Source of the DNA: Pseudomonadota bacterium
Lineage (GTDB): Bacteria; Pseudomonadota; Gammaproteobacteria; Burkholderiales; Rhodocyclaceae
NCBI GenBank assembly: GCA_049320945.1
Contig: JBMOQT010000278.1
Location: forward strand, 1 to 57,998
Direction of reading: 5' to 3'
Length of the DNA: 57,998 nt
The notes under the pieces were generated by a model that saw nothing but the letters and a program-made list of their open reading frames with translations, did no database searches and was not told the DNA's origin. This document shows, piece after piece, positions 44,428 through 53,800 of this stretch (the first letter of the stretch is position 1; the number at the start of each line of letters is the position of its first letter). A program made the position numbers and the translations under genes.

Positions 44428-45981
44428 TCACCACCAGAACTTGGCCAGCACGCTGATGCCCTTGTCGGCGCGGCGGAACGCGGGATTGTCCGGGTCGGTG
44501 GTGATGTCGTTGCGCAAGGCCCTGCCGGGAAAGAACCAGCCCATCCTCAAGTCCAGCCCGAGCCGGCGCACGCCGAACAGGTTGCGGAACCCCAGCACGA
44601 TGTCGAACGCCTGCCCCACGTCCTTGCTCGGCGGCCGCGTGGAATCCTGGTTCATCTCGGCCGTGAGGGCCCAGTTGCGAATCTCCTCCGCAAACCGGTT
44701 CAGCCGGTACTTGTGATACACCAGGTCCACGTGCACGCTGGTCGCCGGCCGGAAGCCGAAGCCCAGGGTGAAAATCCGCAGGTTGGACAGTTCCGGGTCG
44801 AGCACCTCGCCGTAGTACTTGAACTTGGACACGCCCCCCATCCTCAGTTCATTCGACTGCAGGCCGGTCTGGCGGAACTCGGTATTCCGGTTGTCATTCG
44901 GGTCACCATCGCTGGTCCCGCTTGCATAACCCAGGGTCACATTGGGATAGAGGGGCAGATCCGGGAACCGGTAGGTGGCGCCCACATCGAAGGCGTGCGC
45001 GCGCAGCTTGCGCTGCGCCTCGTCCCTGCCCCGCACCGAAGCCAGCTCGGCCCAGAAGTTGAATCTGTCGGAGGGCATGCCGTAGGCGCGCACGCCCGTA
45101 TGCACGGGCTTCCCCTCCTTGCCCGTGCGATCAGCCTGGTAGATGGTGTAGCCGGCCAGCCTGATGTCTTCGATGCCCCGGTAGTCCACGTACAGCATGT
45201 AGTTGTCGATGCGGGGCAGCTTGACCGGCTTGAGCAGATCCAGGTCTATCGCATCCTGTCGCCCATAGCTCAGTTCGGCACTGAGGGCGCCTTGCCGGAA
45301 CCTGACGAAGGCGGAATCCAGCGACGTGTCGTAGAGCCAATGCCGGTCGTCCTCGAAATTGCGCCGCCCCAAGGTGACATCGAACGGGCCCAGGGCCCTG
45401 AACCTCACCCAAAGCTGGTCCACCGGCAGCGAGGTGCGCCGCCTCTCGGCCACCTGTGTCGTGCCGTTCGGCAGAGTGACGACCTTCTGCTCCCGTGCCG
45501 CGATCTCCCTCTCCAATATCATCTCCAGCATCATCTCCAGCCAGTCGTTCGGTCGATAGATGATGTATCCGTTGACTTGAGGCGCGAGAATGAGGGAATT
45601 GTCCCTGAGCCGCTTGTCCAGATCCTTGTCACGGCGGTAAGTGGCGTCCGATTCGCTGCCGTACGAGTACTGGTACTTCAGGAACTGGGTCACCGGCCGT
45701 GGGGGTCTGCCGATGCGTTCGGCCGCTGAAGGCAGCTGGAAGGTCGGCATGCCTTCCGGCGCACGCGGTCTGACGGCCGGCTGCTGGGCCCCGGTCTCCG
45801 GCGGCGGGCCGACCTCCTGGGGTGCTGGGCGGGGCGCCTGGAATTGCGCCAGGTGCCCCCCGGCCCTGTCGCTGTGGGCACCCGCCCCCCTTTCCACTTC
45901 GGCCTGCGCGAGAACCGGCTGGCTCCAGCTCAGCAGGACGGCAAGCGCCGTCGGCCACCCTACGGCAAGCGCCCCGGTCAT
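44428..45981 (-). CDS. outer-membrane beta-barrel protein, alginate-export (AlgE)-like porin family (family call tentative)
   Basis: Signal peptide ...PVLAQA and a Pro-rich N-terminal linker. Alternating beta-strand pattern with many R/Y/D pairs. C-terminal aromatic signature ...VLAKFWW. GGGAGG SD. Confidence 0.6.
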   Translation of the reverse strand: MTGALAVGWPTALAVLLSWSQPVLAQAEVERGAGAHSDRAGGHLAQFQAPRPAPQEVGPPPETGAQQPAVRPRAPEGMPTFQLPSAAERIGRPPRPVTQFLKYQYSYGSESDATYRRDKDLDKRLRDNSLILAPQVNGYIIYRPNDWLEMMLEMILEREIAAREQKVVTLPNGTTQVAERRRTSLPVDQLWVRFRALGPFDVTLGRRNFEDDRHWLYDTSLDSAFVRFRQGALSAELSYGRQDAIDLDLLKPVKLPRIDNYMLYVDYRGIEDIRLAGYTIYQADRTGKEGKPVHTGVRAYGMPSDRFNFWAELASVRGRDEAQRKLRAHAFDVGATYRFPDLPLYPNVTLGYASGTSDGDPNDNRNTEFRQTGLQSNELRMGGVSKFKYYGEVLDPELSNLRIFTLGFGFRPATSVHVDLVYHKYRLNRFAEEIRNWALTAEMNQDSTRPPSKDVGQAFDIVLGFRNLFGVRRLGLDLRMGWFFPGRALRNDITTDPDNPAFRRADKGISVLAKFWW

Positions 45982-45998
45982 AGTCCTCCCTTGTCATG

Positions 45999-48900
45999 TT
46001 AGATGTCCGCCAGGCCCAGGTCCGAGTGGCGTCCCGCCGCCGCCCCGATGACCAGATACAGGGCGGGTATGACGAACAGGGTGACCAGGGTGGCGGCGAT
46101 CAGGCCCCCTATGATAACCAATGCCATGGGCTGCAAGATCTCGAGGCCGGGATTCCCGCCGAAAATCACGATGGGCAGGAACATGGCGACGATTGCCGCG
46201 GAGCTCGCCAGGATGGGCGACAGTCTTTCCCGCGTGCCGCGCAGCACCAACTCGGGACCAAACGGCACGCCTTCCTGGGCCTCGAGGCGCTGGTAATGGT
46301 TGATCAGCACGACGCCGTTGCGGGCGGCAATGCCCAGCACCGCCAGGAAGCCGACGACCGAGCCCAGGGACACCACGCCACCGCTGGCCAAGGCCCCCAG
46401 CACCCCGCCGACAAACGAGGCCGGGAGAGCCAGGAAGGCGATCAGCGCCAGCCGCCAGCTCCGGAAGCAGGCCTGCAATAGAAGGAAGATGCCGATCACC
46501 GCGGCAACGGCCACACCCACCATGCGCCGCTGGGCAGCCTGCCGCTCGGCGTATTCACCCAGGATTTCCGGGTGATACTCGAGCGGGAACTGGATCTCCT
46601 CGAGGCGGTCCTCGATCTCGTCCACCACCGAGCCCGGATCACGCCCGGCCACGTTGGCCACCACATCGACGTAGGGAGCGATGCGCTCGTGCCTGATGAC
46701 CGTCGGAGCCGCCACGATGCCTACGTCGGCCACCTCGCCCAGACGCACGTAGGTGCGATCCGACTTCTCGACCCACACATCGCGCAGATTGTTCAAGCTC
46801 TGGCGCGTCTCGGGCGTCCCCCAGACCACCACCTCGTAGATCTTCTGTTCCTTGAAGAGATAGCCGACCACCAGTCCGGAGAACACCGTCGCCGAAGAGC
46901 GCCGCACGTCGCCCGGCTTCACGTTCGCGCGGCTGGCGGCATCCAGGTTCACCTTCACTTTCACTTGGGGCTCCATCACCTGGCCGCCGGCGCGCAGATC
47001 GACGAGTCCCTTGACCCCGGAAAGCGCCTGTCTGACCTCCTCCGCCTTCCGAGCCAGGACCTCGCGCTGTTGGCCGTAGATGCGCACGACGATCGCCTTG
47101 CTCTCGCCGGTCAGCACCTCGCCGACTTTGTCGCGCAAGTAGGTCTGGACGTTTCGTTCGATGCCCGGGTAGCCCTCGATCGTGTCTCGAATCGCCGCAA
47201 CCGTCTTGTCGTAGTCGGCCTTGGGATCGAGGCTTATCCAGATCTGGCTCGAATTGATCCCCACCACCTGGTCTCCCGTTATCGCGCGTCCCACGTGCGC
47301 ACTTACGGCGCGCACTCCGGGCAGCGACCGCAATTCGCTGCTGACCCGGGATGTGATCCGGTACGTCTCGGGATGGGACGTACCGGGGGGTGTTGTCCAG
47401 TTCACCAGCAGTTCTCCCTCCTTGAGCGCGGGAAGCAAGGAGTGCCCGAGCAACGGCCATATGCCGGCGCCGATCACCACTGCGGCGCAAGTGGCGAGAA
47501 ACACCTTGCCCGGTGCGCCCAGAACCCCTCGCAGCATGCCATCGTATCGATCGACAAGCCGCGCCGCCAGCGGCGAGCCGCGCCCCCGGCTCGCCACTTT
47601 GCCCAGGAGCAACAGGCCCAGGGCGGGCGTTACCGTCAGCGCCACCGCCATGGACGCCAGCACCGCCAGCACGTAGGACAGGGCGAGCGGCTCGAAGAAC
47701 GCTCCCGATATCCCGCCCATGAAGAACACTGGCATGACGGCGAGTATGACGATGAGACTGGCGTACAGGGCGGCGCGCCGGGACTCCAGCATGGTCTGAT
47801 AAATGATGCCCAGAATCGGGGCGCCGTCTTCGCGGGGCCCCCGCAGCCGCTCCAGAAGCAGATCCACATCGACGACCGCATCATCGATGACCACTGCAAG
47901 GGCGACCACCAGACCGGCAAGGATCATGGTGTTGATCGTCGCACCGGTCAGGTGCAGGGCCAGCAGGGCGGCCAGGAGCGAAAGCGGGATCGCCACGATG
48001 CTGATCAACGTGGTCCGCCAATTGAACAGGAACGCGCCGATGACCAGGATCGCCAAGACGGCACCGATGATGATCGCCTGGGTCAGATTGGACAGGGAAT
48101 CCTCCACATAGGAGGCCAGCCGGAAGACGCTGCTGTCGATCTGCACGCCGGGCAGGCCAAGGCGCAGCTCGGCCAGCGCCCGCTCGACTCCGCGCGTGAC
48201 TTCCAGCGTGTTGGCCGAGGGAAGCTTCTCGACAACCAGCAGGAGGCCGTTGCCGCCGTTGACGAAAGCATCACCGATGAGCGGCGGATGGTGGAACGTC
48301 ACCTCGGCGACCTCGCCCAGGGACATGGTCTTGCCGGTCATCAGCAGGTGCTGCGCCCCAACCGGCACCTTGGCCATGTCTTCGGGCTGCGAAATCGGCA
48401 TGTCGTGATGAACCCCGATTCTCTGATTCTTGTTGTCGATCCAGCCGCCCGTCCCGGGCGCCGACGCCTTCAGATAGGTCAAGGGCGACACCCACAACGA
48501 GTCTCCGGCGGCGGCGACGATGTCGTCCTGCAGCAGACGTGCGTCGCGCAACCGATCGGAATCGATATGGACATGCAGCTGCCGCACCCGCTGGCCCCAG
48601 ATCGCCACGTTGGCCACGCCGGGCACGCCCGTCAGCTTCGGCTTGATGGTCCAGCGGGCAAGCAGCGACAACTCCGTCGGCTCCACCGTCTGGGATGAGA
48701 TCGCGATCATCATGAGACGGCTGGTCGACGACAGGGGCTGCAGGATAACGGGCGGCGATGCCACGTTTGGCAGGGTATACGCCAGGGTCAGGCGTTCCTG
48801 GATCATCTGCCGGGCCTTCATGATGTCGGTGCCGCGCTTGAAAGTGAGCATGATCGAGGACAGACCGGTCACCGACTGGGAGCGGATCGATTCGAGCCAC

Positions 48901-49130
48901 GGCACGCCGGAGAGCAGCTCCTCCAGATTGAGGGTGACCAGGCTCTCCACTTCCTCGGCGGACAGCCCGATCGCTTCGGCCTGCACCTCCACGATGGGCG
49001 GCGAGAATTCGGGGAGGACATCGACCGGCATCCTCTTGAGCTGGATGATCCCGAACAGGACCAGCGCCGCCGCGACACCCAGCGCCAGGAAGCGGAACTT
49101 CAGGCTTGAGCCAATGATCCAGCGAAACAT
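45999..49130 (-). CDS. RND superfamily efflux permease, copy 2
   Basis: 1043 aa with a 12-TM/2-loop RND layout. TM4 motif VIDDAVVDVDL. Shares the N-terminus MFRWIIGSSLKFRF with copy 1. Confidence 0.88.
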   Translation of the reverse strand: MFRWIIGSSLKFRFLALGVAAALVLFGIIQLKRMPVDVLPEFSPPIVEVQAEAIGLSAEEVESLVTLNLEELLSGVPWLESIRSQSVTGLSSIMLTFKRGTDIMKARQMIQERLTLAYTLPNVASPPVILQPLSSTSRLMMIAISSQTVEPTELSLLARWTIKPKLTGVPGVANVAIWGQRVRQLHVHIDSDRLRDARLLQDDIVAAAGDSLWVSPLTYLKASAPGTGGWIDNKNQRIGVHHDMPISQPEDMAKVPVGAQHLLMTGKTMSLGEVAEVTFHHPPLIGDAFVNGGNGLLLVVEKLPSANTLEVTRGVERALAELRLGLPGVQIDSSVFRLASYVEDSLSNLTQAIIIGAVLAILVIGAFLFNWRTTLISIVAIPLSLLAALLALHLTGATINTMILAGLVVALAVVIDDAVVDVDLLLERLRGPREDGAPILGIIYQTMLESRRAALYASLIVILAVMPVFFMGGISGAFFEPLALSYVLAVLASMAVALTVTPALGLLLLGKVASRGRGSPLAARLVDRYDGMLRGVLGAPGKVFLATCAAVVIGAGIWPLLGHSLLPALKEGELLVNWTTPPGTSHPETYRITSRVSSELRSLPGVRAVSAHVGRAITGDQVVGINSSQIWISLDPKADYDKTVAAIRDTIEGYPGIERNVQTYLRDKVGEVLTGESKAIVVRIYGQQREVLARKAEEVRQALSGVKGLVDLRAGGQVMEPQVKVKVNLDAASRANVKPGDVRRSSATVFSGLVVGYLFKEQKIYEVVVWGTPETRQSLNNLRDVWVEKSDRTYVRLGEVADVGIVAAPTVIRHERIAPYVDVVANVAGRDPGSVVDEIEDRLEEIQFPLEYHPEILGEYAERQAAQRRMVGVAVAAVIGIFLLLQACFRSWRLALIAFLALPASFVGGVLGALASGGVVSLGSVVGFLAVLGIAARNGVVLINHYQRLEAQEGVPFGPELVLRGTRERLSPILASSAAIVAMFLPIVIFGGNPGLEILQPMALVIIGGLIAATLVTLFVIPALYLVIGAAAGRHSDLGLADI

Positions 49131-49150
49131 GTCCAGGCCCCTTCGCGTCG

Positions 49151-50074
49151 CTATTTCTTGAAGATCTCGGCGCCGTACAGCAAGGCCGCGCCGACCGTGA
49201 CCACCGGGGTGCCGACCGCCGGCCCCTCGGACAACAGCGCCATGTCGCCCACGACCCGATCGACGGCGATGCGCTGGCGTTCGAATGTCAGGGGTTTGGT
49301 GTTGACGTACACCCAGGCATTGCCCTTCGCGTCGTAGTAAACCGCGCTGTAGGGCACGGCCTTCTGCTTGACCTCTTCCCCGGCGAGCTGCAGCTCGACC
49401 CGCATGCGATTGTTCAGTGCCAGGCCATGGTCCTTGCCGGGCACTTTGTAATACAGCGACAGCATCGAGCGCTTCAGGTCCTCAAACGGCTGCATTCCGG
49501 ACGGCTCCGCCAGCAACTCCTCGACAGGGTGCGCGCGCGTGGGCAGGGGCAGGAGCCGTGCCGGCTTGTCCTTGGCCAGCCGCTCATACTCGGCCGGCGA
49601 CAAGGTGACGAGCACCCAGACCTCGCCGGCGACCGGTGTGCCCGCTGGCGCCGCACCCGGTTGCGGTGACGACGCCGCTGCCGCGACCGGCCGGGCCATC
49701 CCCGAGGCCCCTCCTCTGCCCAAGCCACCGAACAGGCCGCCGCCCGGCTTCGACTCGGGCGGCTTGTCCAAGGGAGGAACCACCAGACCGCCGACCATCT
49801 GCTTGCGCTCGACCGACTCTTCACTCACTTTGCCAACTTCGATGCCCAGCCGTTCCGCCGCTCTTGCGCTCAGGATCACGCGCGGCACGCTGCTCCCGGG
49901 GACGCTCTCCAATGTGACCTGAGGATTCCTGGCGTCCGGCCCTGACCCCGGCCCCGCCGCGCGCCCCGCGGGTGCCAGCATGAGCAGCCCCGCCGCTGCC
50001 GTGACAACCAGCCCGCCAAGCAACGCTCCTGCCATGCGATCGGCCCTCACGCGGATCAAGAATTCCGTTTTCAT
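49151..50074 (-). CDS. RND periplasmic adaptor-like protein lacking the alpha-helical hairpin
   Basis: The N-terminal anchor and the C-terminal barrel/membrane-proximal region look like a membrane fusion protein (MFP) (AVPYSAVYYDAKGNAWVYV...RQRIAVDRVVGDMALLSEGPAVGTPVVTVGA). The middle is a Gly/Pro/Ala low-complexity linker. Confidence 0.65.
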   Translation of the reverse strand: MKTEFLIRVRADRMAGALLGGLVVTAAAGLLMLAPAGRAAGPGSGPDARNPQVTLESVPGSSVPRVILSARAAERLGIEVGKVSEESVERKQMVGGLVVPPLDKPPESKPGGGLFGGLGRGGASGMARPVAAAASSPQPGAAPAGTPVAGEVWVLVTLSPAEYERLAKDKPARLLPLPTRAHPVEELLAEPSGMQPFEDLKRSMLSLYYKVPGKDHGLALNNRMRVELQLAGEEVKQKAVPYSAVYYDAKGNAWVYVNTKPLTFERQRIAVDRVVGDMALLSEGPAVGTPVVTVGAALLYGAEIFKK

Positions 50075-50109
50075 TTGGTGCCTCCTCTCAATCTCTTCGT
50101 GCTCGCTCC

Positions 50110-50868
50110 CTACAGCGGCGGCACGATGCCGTCCTTGCCGACGATAATGAAGGCCGCCACATACTTGCCCTCGGCATCCTGCTGGGCACCTGCCAGAACG
50201 TGGGCACCCACCTTCATTAAACTCCTGTCTCCGAGCGACATCCGGAGGACCGGCGCGTCACGGGGTATCTCCATATCCGTTTCGTCATAGTCAGTGGGGC
50301 CCCACTTGATCGACAGGACGCGAATCTCGATATCGTCGACCCAGCCGTGGGAGATGATGGTGTCGGGTGTCAGATCCCACTTCCTGTGTCCCAGGGCGAT
50401 GCCGCGCAACTCCTCGTCGATGATGCGCAGCTCGAACCCCCTGTGCAGCCACACCGCCGAGTCCCGGACTATGGGGCTGTACTCCTCCAGCTTCACCCCC
50501 ACGGAACCGACATAGGTCCCAAAATCCACGCTGGAAAAGCTTCCCTTGCTCAGGCCGATGATGGTGGTGGTGTCTGCGAGCGCGAGGCGCACCGTCCTGC
50601 CGTCGCGCGTCCTCACCACGACAGAAGAAGCCTCGACCCTGGTGATCTGGCCGCGGAAATGGTCCGGCTCCCCGTCCTGCACCGGTGCGGGGGTGTGAGT
50701 GTCCGCTGCCGCGTCTTTTTCCGGTGTTCGCACCTTGCGCTCGGCTGCCGCCTCTTGAGCCGGCGCAGCCGCGCCGACCCGCGGCGCCTCTTGCGCGCCT
50801 GCCGGCGCACCCAGCGCCAGAGCGATGACTGAACCAATCACCGCGTAGTAAGAGAGCGGGCGAGCCAT
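50110..50868 (-). CDS. secreted hypothetical protein (DUF5666-like beta domain at N-terminus)
   Basis: Signal peptide ...APAGAQE. GQITRVEASSVVVRTRDGRTVRLALADTTTI pattern. AGGAGG SD. Confidence 0.6.
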   Translation of the reverse strand: MARPLSYYAVIGSVIALALGAPAGAQEAPRVGAAAPAQEAAAERKVRTPEKDAAADTHTPAPVQDGEPDHFRGQITRVEASSVVVRTRDGRTVRLALADTTTIIGLSKGSFSSVDFGTYVGSVGVKLEEYSPIVRDSAVWLHRGFELRIIDEELRGIALGHRKWDLTPDTIISHGWVDDIEIRVLSIKWGPTDYDETDMEIPRDAPVLRMSLGDRSLMKVGAHVLAGAQQDAEGKYVAAFIIVGKDGIVPPL

Positions 50869-50889
50869 CTCTTTCCTCCTGCCTTCTCC

Positions 50890-53800
50890 CTAACCCGATG
50901 ACCCTCGGACGGATACCGCGCCAGCCTCGCTGGAGCGGACGGCGCCGAACTTCAGGTACAGGACCGGCACGACGAACAGGCTCAGCAGCATCGAGGTGAC
51001 GAGGCCGCCCAGAATGGCAACTGCCATCGGGTACTCGACCTCGTGACCGGGAATGCTGCCGGGAACAATCAGGGGCAGCAGGGCCAATGCGGCGGAAAGG
51101 CTGGTCATCAGGATCGGCGACAGCCGTTCGCTCGCCCCGCGCATGATCAGCCCGAGACCGAAGGGCTCGCCCTCTTCCCGCTCGAGATGCCGGTAATGCT
51201 CGATGAGCAGAATGCTGTTCCTTGCCGACAGGCCCAGTACCGTGATGACTCCCACCAGCGAACCCAGTGAGACGACGCGGCCGACTGCGAAGGTTGCGAG
51301 CAAGGAGCCAACGAGCGCCGCCGGCAGGGCGAGATAGATCAGGCCGGCGAGTCGCCAGTTGCGGAAGGTCGCCTGGAGAATGAAGACGATGGCGATGGCA
51401 ACGCCGATGGAGGCGATCAGCAGATTATGCTGGGCGGCTTTGCGTTCCTTGTATTCCCCCAGCAGCTGCGGGTGATAGCCGACGGGGAACTCCACTTTCG
51501 CGAGCCGCTCCGCGACCTCGTTCGCCACCGCGCCGAGATCACGCCCCTTGACGTTGGCGTGAACGTCGATGCGCCGGGACATGTTTTCGCGCTTGATCTT
51601 GTTCGGGGTCGGCACGAGTTCCACGTCGGCCACCTCTCCCAGCCGCACACGCCCGCCATACGGGGTGTTGATCAGATACTCGCGGATGCTGTGCAGGTCG
51701 CGGCGCCTTGCCTCCGATGCCCAAACGAAGACGTCGTACACCTTGCCTAGTCTGTGAACGTCCGTGACTTCGATGCCCGCCATGAGCGCAGCCACCGCCA
51801 CGCGGATGTCGCCCGGTTTCACCCCATGGCGCGCCGCCGCATCCAGGTTCAACCTGATACGTATTTGCGGAATCTCGATCTGCTGCTCCATATGCAGATC
51901 GACGAGGCCGGGTATATCCTTGAGCGCGTCTTCCACGTCCCGCGCCTTTTGGCGCAGCACCGGGAGTTCGTCGCCGAATATGCGCACGACGATCGACTCG
52001 CCCGCGCCGGTCAGGACTTCCTTGATCCGCTCCCGCAGATAGGTCTGCACGTCGCGATAAAGCCCGGGATAGCCGGCGACGGCGGCTTCCACGGCGGCGC
52101 GCGTCTTGTCGTAGTCCACCTTCGGATCGACGCTGATCCAGTTCTCGGTGAAATTCACGCCGTAGGGTTCGTCCCCACCGACCGCGCGGCCGATGTGGGC
52201 GCCGAAGTTGCGCACCCCGGGAATGGAGCGAAGCTCACGGCTGGCCAGTTGCGTGATCCTGAAGGTTTCGGGGTGCGAGGTTCCCTCGGGCGGGACCCAG
52301 TGCATGAGGAAGTCCCGTTCCTTGAACTCGGGCAGCAGCGAATGTCCGAGGAAGGGCCAGACCGCCACGCCGGCGACGGCGACGGCGATCGCGGTCGCCA
52401 ACGTCGCACCCGGTGCCCGGACCGCTCGCGCAAGCAGCGCGTGGTAGTGCTTCTTGAGCCACGGCACCAGGGGCGACTGCCGGTGCTCGAGGGCGCGCCC
52501 CCGCAGCAGAAGAAGGCACAGGGCTGGCGTAACGGTGCACGCCACAACCATCGAAGCCAGCATCGCGGTGAGGTAGGCCAGCGCCAGCGGTTCGAAGAAC
52601 GCGCCCGCGAGTCCACCCATGAAGAACACCGGCGTCACCGCCAGCACCACGATCAGCGTCGCGTGCACGATGGCGGAACGCACCTCGACCGATGCTTCCA
52701 GGATGATGCGTGCCGTCGATTTGTCGCTGCCGGCCCTGCGGTGCTCGCGCAGCCGCCGCACGATGTTCTCGACGTCGATGATGGCATCGTCCACCACGTC
52801 GCCGAGGGCGACAATGAATCCGGCCAACACCATGGTATTGATCGTGGCGCCCTGGAAATAAAGCACGACGCCGGCAGCCACCAGGGACAGGGGGATGGCG
52901 GTGATGCTGATCAGGGCCACCCGCCATTCGTAGAGGAAGGCCCCGAGGACGATGATCACCAGGACGGCGCCGATGATGAGCGCCCTGGTCAGGTTGTCGA
53001 TCGACAGATCAATGAAGGTGGCCGGCCTGAAGATCGTGGAGTCGATGTCGATGCCCGGAAGACCGGGGCGCAACTCGGCGAGCGCCGCCTCGACTCCCCG
53101 GGTGACCTCGAGGGTGTTGGCCCACGGCAGCTTCTCGACGATCATCATCAGGCCGACCCCGTCGTTGATGACCGAATCACCGAGAAGCGGCCAGGTGTCC
53201 CAGGTCAAGCGGGCGACATCGCCCAGCCGCGGCGGATCGGCGCGCCTGGTTTTCACGGCGATCGGCACCTGGGCCAGCTGCTCGGGCGTGAACACGGGCG
53301 ATTCGTAATGAATGACGAGCCGCTGGTTGGGGGTATCGAACATCCCGTGGATACGGGTCTTCGCGTGGCGGGTGTATTGCAGCAGGCTGAAGTCCAGGGC
53401 GTTCGAGGTCGTCTCCATGACCTCGTCCAACGTGACGTTGTGGGCGCGCATCAGGTCGGGATCGAACTGCACGTGCAGCGCCTTGATCCGTTCGCCCCAG
53501 ATGGGAACATTGGCCACGCCGGGAACCGACATGAGACGGAACTTGATCGTCCAGTAGGCGATCATCGAGAGATCCATCATGTCGTAGACCTTGGACGAGA
53601 TTCCGATCTTCATCGCCCGGCTGGTGGACGACAGGGGTTGCAGTATCACCGGCATGCCCGAGGACGACGGCAGATCGGCGATCGCCAGTTGCAGGCGCTC
53701 CTGCACGCGCTGCCGCGCATCCATGAGATCGGTGCCCAACTTGAACCAGAGCACGATCTGCGACAGCCCCTCCACCGACGAGGAACGGATGACGTCCACG

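Noticed and set aside
46572-48698. 708-aa plus-strand ORF inside RND copy 2 (and the analogous 781-aa ORF 51754..54099 inside RND copy 1)
   Set aside because: Both are antisense to 12-TM RND permeases. Their products are hydrophilic H/R/G/D-rich strings with no structure signals.
49151-50074. Adaptor-like gene as a decayed pseudogene
   Set aside because: The reading frame is intact from an SD-preceded ATG to the stop and has a signal/anchor segment. It is tightly spaced between the two RND genes. I therefore treat the missing hairpin as a genuine architectural feature pending comparison with homologs.
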